Shown piece by piece: positions 38,530 to 50,739 of a DNA stretch of 64,000 nucleotides. Both the position numbers and the translations under genes were made by a program. The notes beneath the pieces were generated by a model that was given only the letters and a program-made list of their open reading frames with translations, was not told the origin of the DNA and ran no database searches. Each line of letters begins with the position of its first letter. The stretch's first letter is position 1. The stretch is taken from assembly GCF_001194135.2 (NCBI RefSeq), contig NC_068985.1:43018293-43082292 (forward strand). The letters are read 5' to 3'. This DNA is from Octopus bimaculoides. Lineage: Eukaryota.

Positions 38530-39064
38530 ATTTATATCATTAATTATATTAGTTATATATTGAAACTATGTCCTTCATTTTTTACAGACTGTAGGATGTT
38601 ATTTGAGGGAGATTTGGCTGCTGTTTCTAGCAGGTCAAGCCACCATGTAGAAGTTCTTTCCTTGGCCTGATCAATATGGTAAAGTGATCCGATTGATATC
38701 AAAATAAAGAAATAAAAGGCCACAAATTATATGGCAAAAAGAAATATCTAATTAAACTGACCTTAGTATATAAAAAATGCTAATAGTACTGTCTTTTCAC
38801 CTATCTATGAAGAGAAGGTAATACTGACTTAATTGTTTTTTTAATGGATGGGGAATAGCGTTCTGAGATAGATACGTTCCAATCTGTGTTAATGTAAGGG
38901 AGATAACCGTGTTTCATTTTAAACATTTTCTAAGGGAAAAAACTCTTCCTATGAAATTTCTTAAGATTTTGTAACCGACAGATTTACTTCGAGTAAACGT
39001 CTCAGTAACCTTGATACCAGTCATATACATTTCCCTTCACTAAAGTTTTGGTAAATCGGAAAAA

Positions 39065-39290
39065 AGACAGGACCCTATTGCATCAGGGACATAAATAGCC
39101 TGCCGCTTCAAATACAAAGGAATATGTAGAAATTCTATACGATGTGCCCAGTATAACTATGGACACACATAAGGTGTAGTGGGATAACAGGCAGGGTGAC
39201 AGTGAATAACGACTTTGAATGTGACAGATGTACAGGCGTTGTTAGCAGTTGAAATAGTAGCAAAATATATTATATCACTATTTTCCCCCA
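39065..39290 (+). mobile_element. RTE fragment covering the Cys-rich (PHD-like) segment
   Basis: LWTHIRCSGITGRVTVNNDFECDRCTG parallels the insert in the other RTE copies. Confidence 0.55.
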
Positions 39291-39319
39291 AAGAACCTAT
39301 AGCTATTGTAATAAATTCA

Positions 39320-39538
39320 TCCAGGAGAGACGTTAGCACACCGGACAAAATGTCAAGCATACGTTCTGAGTTCAAATTCCGCCAAGGTTAGCTTGAACAT
39401 TGGGTCGAGGTAATCGACTAACTTCTGCCCCCAAACCTTTCAGGCTTTGTGCCTATAGTAGAAACGATTATTCAAAAATAAACTATTATTATTATTATAA
39501 TAAAAGAAATCATCATCATCATCATCATTATTATTATT

Positions 39539-39590
<52 letters not shown>

Positions 39591-39800
39591 TGGTGAGCTG
39601 GCAGAATCATTAGCAGCCTGGACGAAATGCTTCGCTGTATTTTGCCTTCCTCCATATTCACAGTTCAAATTCCACCAAGGTCGACTTTGCCTTTCCTCTT
39701 TTCAGGATCAATAAACTAAGTACTAGTGAAACACAGGAATCGATGCTATCGACTCGTCTTCTCCCCCAAAATTTCAGGCCTTGTGCCTATAGTAGAAAGG
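39320..39800 (+). mobile_element. Two SINE B copies separated by (CAT)n/(ATT)n/(TAA)n
   Basis: B boxes at about 39370 and 39662; second head at 39590. Confidence 0.75.
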
Positions 39801-42800
39801 GTTGTTATTATCTATTATGAAAGACTCTCAGATAGTTCTTAATTACTGGTTATTCTTTACTTGAAAGCAGGCAACAACAAATCACCAAAGGTTTCAAGTA
39901 GTACCTTCTCCTGTGAGTCAAAGAGACAATACTCTCCTTAGAATACGAGCTGTACCCAACAATGTTGTCTTCTGGATTATCTCGAGCCAGACAGCAGCCC
40001 CAAAATTCTTAATATGTTTTTTATAGCCCTTGGAAACTGCTCCTAATGCTCCAATTACCACTGGTATCACCATTACTTTCCTCATGCCCCATAACTTTCC
40101 TATTTCGTCTTCCAGTGGCTGGTATTTCTCAGTTTTTCCTTACATTTCACCCTCGAATCACCTGGTATTGCAACATCTATTATCTTTACTTCTTTTTTAT
40201 CTTTAGGGATGAGCACAATATCTGCTCGTCTCACTTCTATGACTTGGTCGCACTGCATGTTAAAATCCCAGAGTATTTTGTAATGTTTGTTTTCCATTAC
40301 TCCCTCTGGCTTGTGTTCATACCTTTGTTCAGCTTTCTCAAGGTTTACTTTACTGCACAACAGCCAGTGGACATATCTGGCCACATTGTCATGCCGCCTT
40401 TTATAATTCACACTGTGCAAGCTTACAGCACTCACTAACAATATGGCTTATACTTTCTCCCTTCTCAGAGCACATCCTACACTGTGGTGATATTTGGAGT
40501 AGTTTGTTTTGAGAGCTTGTTCTTGAGTGCTGCACACTAATGCCTCAGTGGGCCCTTTAAAGCCTCCTTTCTGCAGCCATTGCCAGGTTCTATTCCAATC
40601 AATCTCATCTTTATTCTTCAAGAACTGACTATGCATTTTCTTGTCCTGCCAAATTTTCTTCATCTGCTCTCTCTCTCTGGTCTTTTTTAACTTGTGTTGG
40701 ATCTATGGCTTCATTTACTTTTAAGGTTCCCTGTATTTTCACTGCTTCAATCATTTCTTCTTTACTCCCCTTGACATACCAAGCCAGGCTAGTCTCCTCT
40801 TCCCTTACACAACCTTCACAACACACCAATCCCCGTCCTCCCTCCCTCCTCTTCACATACAATCTTGACACATCACTCTTGGGTGTAGTTCTTTGTTCAT
40901 TGTCATTAATTTACGTGTTCTCTGGTCTATCTCTTGTAATTCATGCTTCTTCCAAGATACTATTCCTGCCCCATATCTCATCAAAGCAACAGCCCATGTG
41001 TTAATTACTCTAATCTTATAGTGGCCATTTAGCTTCAATTGGAACACAAGCCGAGTTCTCTTCAAATACTCTTTCCTGTACATTTCTTTCAACTTATGTT
41101 CATTCATCTTCTCTCTTTCAATGATACCCAGGTACTTATATCCTTCCTCTCTGACTTCCTTTATAGTTTCACCACTTTCCATCTTAATCCCATGGCTTTT
41201 ACTGATTTTCTCCCTTTTGAGAATCATCACACCACATTTCTCAATCTCAAATTCCATACCAATATCTTTGCTAATCATCTGCACAAGTTGCCATCAAACT
41301 CCCAATTTCTTTCTCAGTCTTAGTGAATAGCTTTAGGTCATCCATAAAACACAGGTTGTTTACTTTTACCCTGCTTAGCATGTACCCTACATGCATCTTT
41401 TTTTTAATGTTTGTTAGTGGCAGTATGCAGACAACAAATAGGAGAGGCAACAGACTGTCCCCTTGAAAGATTCCTCTTTTGATATTTACTTCCCCCAGCT
41501 TATCTCCCCATGCTGTGAGTTCAGTTTGCCATGTTGTCATTGAGTTTTGTATTACCTTCAGGATATTGCGGGAGACTTTAAGCAGTTTAAGGCATTCAAT
41601 AATCCATGAAAGTGGGACCATGTCATATGCTTTCCTGTATCCACCCATGCACTGCCAATTTTTTGTGTCTCTTCTTGCAATTAGCCAGAATAGTCTTATC
41701 GATTAGTAATTGATCCTTTGTTCTTCTGCTCTTACGTCTACACCCTTTTTGTTCCACTGGTAGTAACTTGTTCTTATCTAGGTACTTATAGATGCTGTTT
41801 GATATGATGTCCGTCATCTGTTTCCACATCAGAGGCAAACAAGATATTGGTTGGAAATATCCAACCACATTCCCTTTACTTGGGTCCTTCTGGCATAGTA
41901 CCATTCTTCTTTTTGCCATCTAGGCTGGTATTTGGATGTCACTACTCAGTATTTCGTCCAGCTGTCTCATAATTCTCCTGTGCAGAGCTGTCAAGTTTTT
42001 AAGCCAAAATCCCTGGGCCAAGCACTTTCCAGTTAGGAATTTTCCTGCACTGATCTCTAATCATCTCCTTGGTTATTCTCAAATCCTCCTGCTGATACTC
42101 TCCTCTTTGAGTGTCTTTAACCACTCTGCTTCAGTTTTGTGTTGTTTCTCCTAAGACCATATGTTTTCCCAGAATCTTTTGCTTTCTTCAGCATCTGGCA
42201 CGGCTTTTTCACCTTTTTCTTTCCAGTTCCTGATAGATTCGTTTCTGACTTTGTTCAAAAAGCCTGTTTAATCTGTATTCCTCAATTCTCTATTCATGTC
42301 TCTTTAGTTTATGTGCTTTAGCTTTCAATCTCTGTTTTAATTCCTCAATCACAACATTGATTCCCTTTCTCTTCAGCCTATACTTCCTCTCTAGCTCAAC
42401 ATATTTCTCTTGCTGAACTTCATTTCTCTTTTCCCGTTCCAGAATATTAATATGCTTTCTGGTCTCGTTAATAGACTGTGTTATTATCCTTTACCACCAT
42501 GGTTCCTTCAGGTTATGTTGACATTTACCTTTGGTTTTCAAACTTAACTTCTGGGCTATAAAGATCACGATTGCAATTATCAGATTGTTGATGTCTGTGG
42601 TGTTGTCAGTGATGATATCATTCATCTTCTGGACCCATTCATTGAGTTTCTTTCTGTCTGCTTTCTTTAAATCCCATATGAAAGCTATGTTCACCAGAAA
42701 ATGGATATCTGTTCCTCAGTTCTCTCATCGCTTCCCTGATCAATAATCTTAGCCTCATGCTTGTTTTCTTCCCTTAACTCCACTGCCATAGTTTCACCAT

Positions 42801-43260
42801 CTCCATTCTCTTCTTCATCCTTCCGTTCACCACTGGTCTTACTATCCCTAAACACCCATCTCTTAATGCTTTCTAGTTCAATTGGAGATAACCATTCATT
42901 CTTTCTAATGGCTCTAGCTCTGTCACACAGATTGTGTTCACTTAATTCAAATAGGCCTCTGTCACTCCATGCCCTGTGCATTCCTTTCCTATATTCCCTA
43001 GCAGGTACTTCATTATTATTTCTCAGATTACCCAGAAAGTAGCACTCCATTACAACCACATTCATTTCTTTCATCCACCTTCTTTTAGTAGTTGCTTGAT
43101 GACAACTGGGCCCACGCTGCTCACTCGTGTGGCACCCGCCAAGCGAGAAACCTTCACAAGGTGTTCTAATCTCATTCACGCCATTCTAATTTCTATTTTT
43201 ATTTGACGTTTCAGCGCTCATGATGAGAGTTAGTGAATTTTAGGTTGCACAACCACCAGT
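39801..43260 (-). mobile_element. R4/Dong-clade RLE-type non-LTR retrotransposon, near full length, frameshifted
   Basis: N-terminal RRWMKEMNVVVMECYF motif; RT ([44 protein letters not shown]); CCHC knuckle CRMC…H…C with YKRRHDNVA; endonuclease RADIV…IDVAIP; C-terminal QKTTLLGTARILRRVL; TAA-like tail at 39801-39818. The 5' limit is uncertain. Confidence 0.85.
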
Positions 43261-44289
43261 ATTTTTTCCCCATGACACCAACACTGATAGGATCTCCACC
43301 CTAGGATATAGGATTCCTGTAAGCTTGGTTTAATTTTTAGTTTCTGTCTCCTAGAAGGAGTGTTCAAGTGTTATAATTGCTTCTGCCACTCAGGTATATG
43401 TTATTTTGGTGGCTGTTGCCTCATAAGAGTTCATTAGCCTTTATACAGGTTTAAAAAAAATTGTTTAATTGTTTCACTACCAATTTCAATATGGGGCAGA
43501 GGTGATGGAGATGGGGGTGGATGCATCGGCCTCATGGCAAAGTGATCTTTTCATCACAGTGGTTCCAGTTCAATATAAATCCAGCCTGATATTTATATTT
43601 TGAGAGGATAAACAAAAAAAAAAAAGAGGAAATTTTTAACTAACTTTCTTAAGCTGTGTACTGTTTGGCCTCGTGGCAAAGCAATCTTTTCATTACAGTA
43701 GTTCTAGTTCAATATAAATTCAACCAGATATTATTTTGAGAGGATAAACAAAAAACGACGACGACGACAGTGTTGATGATGATCAATGTAAAATAAAGAT
43801 ATCTTCTGACAGAAAATAGAAAATCAAATCAATTTATATTGAAATTAATGTCATTGTTTTCCTTCAGATTTATTTTTAATGCCAGATGTAGCGCACTTAC
43901 CTTACCTTTACAGATGTCTATTAGATTCAGCTCAGCCCTGAGTCAACAGATCTATGATCAATGCTATTCCAGCTGTGGTCATCTCATCTGTTTTTCATAT
44001 GTAATGTACCTTGATCTCCATTATCTAATGTATTCATTTATTTTAAATAGTAGTGTGTGGTTTGGGATACATTTAGCTGCTATTTCCTGCAGGTTCAACA
44101 ACAACATAGAGAATTCTTTAAACACATATTTGGGGTGTCTTGACAGGAAATTTCCTCATTTCTAATGTGTATAATATGCTACCTAATATAATACACTGTT
44201 ATGAAAAATACACCACCATATATAACACACTTCAAGATTGTTGGCTCAAATTGTCTAGCAAACCTAAAATACTCTATTTTAAATTTATA

Positions 44290-44490
44290 AGAATCATTAG
44301 CATGCCAGGCAAGATGCTTAGTGGCATTTTGTCTGTCTTTACATTCAGAGTTCAAACTCTGCCAAGGTCAACTTTGCTTTTCATCCTTTCAAGGCCAATA
44401 AAATAAAGTACCAGTTGTACACTGGAGTTGATGTAATCAACTTACCCTCTTGCCTGAAATTACTGGCCTTGTGCCAGAATTTGAAACCAA
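44290..44490 (+). mobile_element. SINE family B
   Basis: GAGTTCAAACTCTGCCAAGG…GTGCCAGAATTTGAAACC. Confidence 0.75.
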
Positions 44491-44509
44491 TATTTCCTCC
44501 TCCTCACCA

Positions 44510-44513
44510 TCAT

Positions 44514-44546
<33 letters not shown>

Positions 44547-44990
44547 TGTTTTAATGTCCACCTTTCCATGCTTGCACGGGTCAGATAAAATTTACCAAGG
44601 CAGATTTACTAAGGCTGGATGCCCTTCCTGTTGCCAATCCTCACCTGTCTCTAAACAAGGTAATATTTCCCCATAGTCAGGCATATTTTTGAAGAATATT
44701 AGAAATGAACAACACTGCTTGTATGACAGAGACGCTCATTTACAACTAGCATTTCATGTCAAGACAAGGAGACACCACATATATACAAATATTTACACTA
44801 TGTGTATGTATACATACACACACACACACAACAGGCCTCTTTCAGTTTTCGTTTACCAAATCCACTTACAAGACTCTGGTCAGCCCAGGGCTATCGAAGA
44901 AGATACTTGGTATGATGCTACATAATGGAACTGAACTTGAAACCATGTGGTTGTGAAGCAAACTTCTTAACCATGCAGCCATGCCCAAGT
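44510..44990 (-). mobile_element. Composite SINE: family A head/core, distinct middle, RTE-type tail
   Basis: Head at about 44985; GGAAGGGCATCCAGCC tail motif; trinucleotide tail. Confidence 0.65.
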
Positions 44991-45099
44991 CTGTATCCAC
45001 AGTTGCACCTTATAAATATATTGATATATGATATCAATATATTGAAACCAATTGAGAGAACACTAAATTAAGTGACTCATGCTAGTGCCATATTAAAAG

Positions 45100-45279
45100 C
45101 ACTGGTGCTGATGACACAGAAAAAACACCCAGTACACTCTGTAGAGTGGTTGGCATTAGGAAGGGCATCCAGCCATAGAAACCATGCAAGAACAGACAAT
45201 AGAGCCTGGTGTGGTCCTTGGTCTTACAAGCCCCAGTTAAACCATCCAACCCATGCCAGCATGGAAAACAGGCATTAAG

Positions 45280-45310
<31 letters not shown>
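45100..45310 (+). mobile_element. RTE-type 3' tail ending in (GAT)n
   Basis: GGCATTAGGAAGGGCATCCAGCC motif and (GAT)n tail. Confidence 0.7.
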
Positions 45311-45349
45311 AATAATCTAAAAAATGAAAAATAAAGTTTTATTACATTA

Positions 45350-47539
45350 CTAGCAAATGCACCTGTCCTTTGGACAGGTAATTTATTATAATGGTGCACT
45401 CCTGTGGACGGTTTAAGTTGAATTAGCCTGCAGTTAGAAGTCGTTTCAAGTAGATAAATGTAAAATGTGTAATTACATTTTCGTTAGCTGTTTATGATAT
45501 GGTATTAAGCAACTTAGGTAATGAATAAAGTTTTTTGAACACAAGTTTAGCAGTGAGTATTAATGAAAGTTCATGAAATGAGGTTGCAATTGCAGTAGGC
45601 ATTAGGGATCCTATATCTTACCTGAAGCGTTTTGTATCATGTAGTTATTTTTCTCATAATGCCTGACACAACCGCATTGAAGCTTTTTTTCAATGAAAGT
45701 CATGTATGATAAAGAAAAGCAAACCTTTATAGCAAACACATAAATAGGACAATGGCATATACAAAAATGAATGTCAGAGCATGCTTATGAGCATCCATGA
45801 AGTAAGAAGGGTCATTGAAGGTAATGTACTGATAACAGCAATCAAGAAAACGAAGCAAAATATTAATGAAATGCTTGCAGGAAGTCTGATTGCTAACAGC
45901 TACAGTTTGGCGTAGATGTGAAGACTGCAGTAGAGAAATAACTACTGTTGGGCTACTTTGTACATGACATTTTTGGTTTTTCCTTCAGGAGCATAGATGA
46001 ATAAGTTGTCTGGATAACCAACTCTGGTACAACCGATGTAGAACTATCCATGTGAAAAGAACAATGTTCGAAGGTCTAATCCAACAACTTTCAGCAACTG
46101 AGCTTGTGCTTTGTTAATTGTTACGGCAAAGCTGAGTTTGAGAGGGAACTGAAGTTTCTGCATAGGGTAGGGGCAGTATGTTGGGGTTAGTGAAATTTTT
46201 GGAATGTAAACAGTATCGTTTTTGGTATGTTTCATGATAATCTGGGCTTCAGTGACATGGTCCATCATTTGTTTGACCACAATGCAAGTTCCATTGCATA
46301 GTGTGGGTGCATTTAGATTGCATGGGAGGATGACAGGGCAACCGACTTTTAAATGAAGTTCATGAGGAGGAAGTCCTGGAGTATCTTGGGAGTTGAGAAA
46401 TTCTGTTGGAAAGTGTGTAACTTGATCGAGGTTGGTTACAGCATCAACTGATCTGCAACAGCATTCTTCAGACGGTAGCTGACTGAGTAAGTTGTAGATA
46501 AGAGTGTTGACAGCTGCATTTGTAGGTGCAAGAACAAACCTGTCACAAAGCCAATCTGGTTTTAAGTATTTCATTGTAAGATTTGGGTAAACGGCAGAAC
46601 ATAAGTCATCAGGGCTGGAGACAGTGTGGTCAATGGTGGTAGTGTCAATGTATCCATTGTTGGATGCAATTTGTCCATTGCTGATTTTAAGGAGCATTTC
46701 CAAAAACTGGATTGTAGGCTGGCCAGTCTGTAGGAGTGATCTTATGTTGATGGTGAGTTGTTTTGATTGGACATGCAACAAAAGGAGGGTCTTTAAGGCA
46801 GGCATTAAGTTCATCAGCGGGTGTTCCCTTGGGTATAATAGGCAGAGTTTGTCAAAAATCTCCTGCAAGAAGTAGAGTTGCACTGCCAAAGATGTTGTAG
46901 TCCAATCTAAGGTCTCTCATTGTGGTATCAAGTGCTTGTATGGAACATTTATAGGACATAGTTGCTTCATCCCAAACAATGAGTTTTCACTTTTTCAAAA
47001 TTGTCGCTTCGTCCAAGGAATGCATTATGTGGTACATGGGGTTTTCTTGATGTGTTACATTGAAAGGCAATTTGAAGGTAGAGTGTGCTGTTTGTCCACC
47101 ATCGAGAAGAGTCAAGGCTATTCCTGAGGAGGCAACAGCAATAGCAAGGTCACCATTATGCCACAACTTCACAAGAAGATGATTCAGGAGGAATGCTTTT
47201 CCAGTTCCATCAGGTGCATCTAAGAAGATGATTCTGACAGTGTGTGTTCCCACAAAATATATAAATGTAAAGAAGACAATCAATTTCTGAATGTTACTTC
47301 GCAAAGAGTTACCTCCCTTATCCACCATACTCCAGGAATGGAAGTTTCTCTGACCCCAGAAACCCATTACTCCATAAGTGAAAAATCTGAAGAGTGTAGT
47401 ACCATCTCTGGAACATAAATGATGTATGTGCATAGCGTGAACAAAATCGGATGTAAAATATTGATTTTAAGGGGGTTCAAGTAAATGGCCTGTCATTTCT
47501 GTCTTCTGTCTTACACACATCTGTCTTATATATTATAGA
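45350..47539 (-). mobile_element. Internally deleted Helitron keeping a decayed Pif1-type helicase region
   Basis: 5' A|TCTATAATATATAAG at 47539. 3' hairpin ACCTGTCC-aaa-GGACAGGT (45379-45361), then CTAG|T at 45350. AT target, no TSD. Helicase motifs FLDAPDGTGKAF, AVASSGIA, GGQTAHSTFKLP, LAPTN, LCNGT and QFPLKLSFAVTINKAQ are present. Confidence 0.9.
45990..47433 (-). pseudogene. Helitron Pif1-like SF1B helicase remnant (frameshifts and stops)
   Basis: ORF pieces 46987-47433 and 46044-46889 carry helicase motifs I-VI. No Rep/HUH domain lies between them and the 5' end. Confidence 0.85.
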
Positions 47540-47796
47540 TCACACATTTTTCTTAATAAAAATGGGTGTGGATAAACATTGCAGCCTAATAGTATGTATT
47601 ATATACACACCCCTAATATCATATTTTATACATACCTTTAATGTATAATACACTTCTAATTTTAATCTTGATTTTGGTAGGAAAAAGAAAGTGTATTTAA
47701 TACATGGAGTTTTGCAGTAGATATTGTCCAAGCTATGCCAGCATGGAGCACAAACATTAGGTGATGATGCTGATGGTAATGATGATGATGATGATA

Positions 47797-47832
<36 letters not shown>

Positions 47833-48260
47833 GTGGTGGTGATAGGGGTGAGTCATTAAATTCCTTTAAAAGGGACACAATGTAACTTTGGAAACAGGAT
47901 ACAAACTACTGCCATTCCAAACCACTAACCAGCTGCAGATCTCCTCACAAATCACACACACACCAGCTGTAGCATTCGTCACAAATCACACAGACCAGCT
48001 GCAGTTCTCTTCACAAATCACACACCCAGATAATATAACAGACCAGCTGTAGCTCTCCCCACCGTGAAATAAATCTGAAAAAACAAGAACAAATTATCTT
48101 CCATGGAACTGGACAATGCTATGACAAACAAAAATGTAGATTTCTCACAGCTGATTGTGTTTGTTAAATTACTATTTTCTTGGCAATTTGACAGGTGGAA
48201 ATGGCTTCACAACAGAACATAACATGATGGCGATAGGAGGGGTGGGTTGTGGTGGTGGTG

Positions 48261-48314
<54 letters not shown>

Positions 48315-48904
48315 ACTACTATATTTATAGTTGTGTACCTGATTAATATAGTGGCTGCTTCTTTTCAGACACTGGACGACAGTTTTCATTCATGTTATCT
48401 TCACTTTGAATAGAGAATTTACATGACAATGATATTGGTGTTGTGACAATGAGTTGTGTAGGTACATGTAATGTAAATGTGGATGTGTACAAAAGTAGGA
48501 ATGGAGGATGGGGATTAAAGTTAGCTGAGCCATGTTAAATTTGTTGTTGGGAAGGGGACATGTTTGAAGTTTGACAATTCAACCTTTTAGCATTCAGATT
48601 ATTCTATCAAATGCAATGCTTATTTATTCACACTGTTATGAATTAATAATGCCTTTATCTCATATCTTTGAAATTTCGATGATGTGATTGCAAATTTTCA
48701 GAATGACATTGTAGGGTAGGTGTGACATAATGGATCTGGCCAGTTTGAATGTAAAACAAGTAGAATATTTTGACCGGATATGGCCAATTTAAATGCTGAA
48801 GAATTAAAAATGCTTTAGACACAGGCAAGGTGGAAAGATTGCTTCTCTTTCATTAGATATACTCACTGGTAGAGTTAATATTTTCAGCTTCCCTAGGAAA
48901 GATC

Positions 48905-49235
48905 CCCTTCAGTCATAATGATCATGAGATTGCACCAAGAAAGTTACCCTCTAAAGTACAAGTCCGGGCAAGGTTGTTTATGAAAGACCAGCAGTTGCCT
49001 ATGCATACCAGGCCCCTCTCTCCACACCACTGATGTTATCCAAGGGAAAGGCAAAGGCTGATACAACTTGATACCAGTAATGACATTGCAACTCAATTCT
49101 ACAGCTGAGTGAACTGGAGCAACATGAAATAAAGTGTCTTGCTCAAGAACACAACACACAGCCTGGTCTGAGAACTGAAATCACTACCTCATGACTGTAT
49201 GTCCAAAGCTCTAACCACTCAGCCATGCACCCTCA
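48905..49235 (-). mobile_element. SINE family D
   Basis: Reverse complement of 12613-12955. Confidence 0.8.
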
Positions 49236-49387
49236 CACACACAGACACATAAACATATATGACAGGCTTCTTTCAGTTTCCATCTACAAAATCCATTCAC
49301 AAGGCTTTGGTTGGCTCATGCCTATAGCAGAAGACACTTGCCCAAGGTGCCTTCAGTGGGATCAGCCGATCTCACTGTCAGCAGGCT

Positions 49388-49443
49388 GATCCCACTGAAG
49401 GGGTTATGGTAAAAACCAAAACTGAGCAACCAGTCAGGGAATA
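49388..49443 (+). ncRNA. Degenerate type I hammerhead ribozyme motif
   Basis: TCCCA CTGAAG[G] GGTT-atggtaaa-AACC [A]AAA CTG-agcaac-CAG TC AGGGA. Stems II and III are well formed, GUC triplet, stem I TCCC/GGGA. Core changes A9G and G12A. Confidence 0.6.
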
Positions 49444-49625
49444 TCTGGACCGCTGTTTTTCGAGGTATTACAGTCCCTGTCAGTATGTATGTATACAATT
49501 ATGTGCTTTGACTGCAGCATTAGAGTGTTTAACTCTTATTTCTAGCAATGTAGGTGTTTATAGCACCCTCAGTTATATTTAATGACAGTTATAATTCTCC
49601 TTGTTGGTACATTTGCTTACTGCTG

Positions 49626-49674
<49 letters not shown>

Positions 49675-49712
49675 TGTAAATCCAAAAAATAACAGCAAAA
49701 ATACAAAGGATT

Positions 49713-49774
49713 CTGCGGTACACATGTTTCAAGCTTTATATCAGTGTATAATTTACAATACAAAGCTATCTTCA
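49713..49774 (-). ncRNA. Type I hammerhead ribozyme motif truncated by the assembly gap
   Basis: Minus strand: [N]TGAAGA T AGCTTTGTAT…ATATAAAGCT T GAAAC ATGT GTA CCGCAG. About 10-bp stem II, palindromic ACATGT, GUA triplet. C3 and the 5' strand of stem I fall in the N gap. Confidence 0.6.
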
Positions 49775-50152
49775 NNNNNNNNNNNNNNNNNNNNNNNNNN
49801 NNNNNNNNNNNNNNNNNNNNNNNNNNNNNNNNNNNNNNNNNNNNNNNNNNNNNNNNNNNNNNNNNNNNNNNNNNNNNNNNNNNNNNNNNNNNNNNNNNNN
49901 NNNNNNNNNNNNNNNNNNNNNNNNNNNNNNNNNNNNNNNNNNNNNNNNNNNNNNNNNNNNNNNNNNNNNNNNNNNNNNNNNNNNNNNNNNNNNNNNNNNN
50001 NNNNNNNNNNNNNNNNNNNNNNNNNNNNNNNNNNNNNNNNNNNNNNNNNNNNNNNNNNNNNNNNNNNNNNNNNNNNNNNNNNNNNNNNNNNNNNNNNNNN
50101 NNNNNNNNNNNNNNNNNNNNNNNNNNNNNNNNNNNNNNNNNNNNNNNNNNNN
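49775..50152. other. Assembly gap
   Basis: Run of N. Confidence 1.
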
Positions 50153-50510
50153 TTTTATTTGTTTCAGTCATTTGACTGCGGCCAAGCTGGAGCACCGTCT
50201 TTGGTCAAGTAAATCGACCCCAGGACTTATTCTTTGTAAGCCTAGTACTTATTCTATCAGTCTCTCTTGCCAAACCGTTAATGGATGGGGACGTAAACAC
50301 GCCAGCATCGGTTGTCAAGCGATGTTGGGGGGACAAACACAGACACACAAACATATACATACATATATATATATACGATGGGCTTCTTTCAGTTTCTGTC
50401 TACCAAATCCACTCACAAGGCTTTGGTCAGCCCAAGGTTATAGTAGAAGACACTTGCCCAAGATGCTACGCAGTGGGACTGAACCTGGAACCATGCTACT
50501 TACCACACAG
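50153..50510 (-). mobile_element. SINE family A
   Basis: Aligns to 11220-11645. Confidence 0.85.
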
Positions 50511-50739
50511 TCACTATATATATGTGTGTGTGTGTGTGTTTGGAATTTATAGAAAAACAAAAGACAAAGACAGGTGTATGAACAACAAGCAGGTATATCA
50601 ATTTGGTGCTGGGAAAATGAAAAAGTTTTTTATGTTTTGAGCCTACACTCTTCAACAGAAAGGAATAAGAGAAAATAAACAGAGAGAATGAAAAAACCTT
50701 GTAGATTTCAGCAGTCCAGCATGTATATATATATATATA

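Noticed and set aside
43200-43240. GAAACGTC followed by AATAAA on the minus strand, hammerhead-like
   Set aside because: No CUGANGA core or convincing stems I and II upstream.
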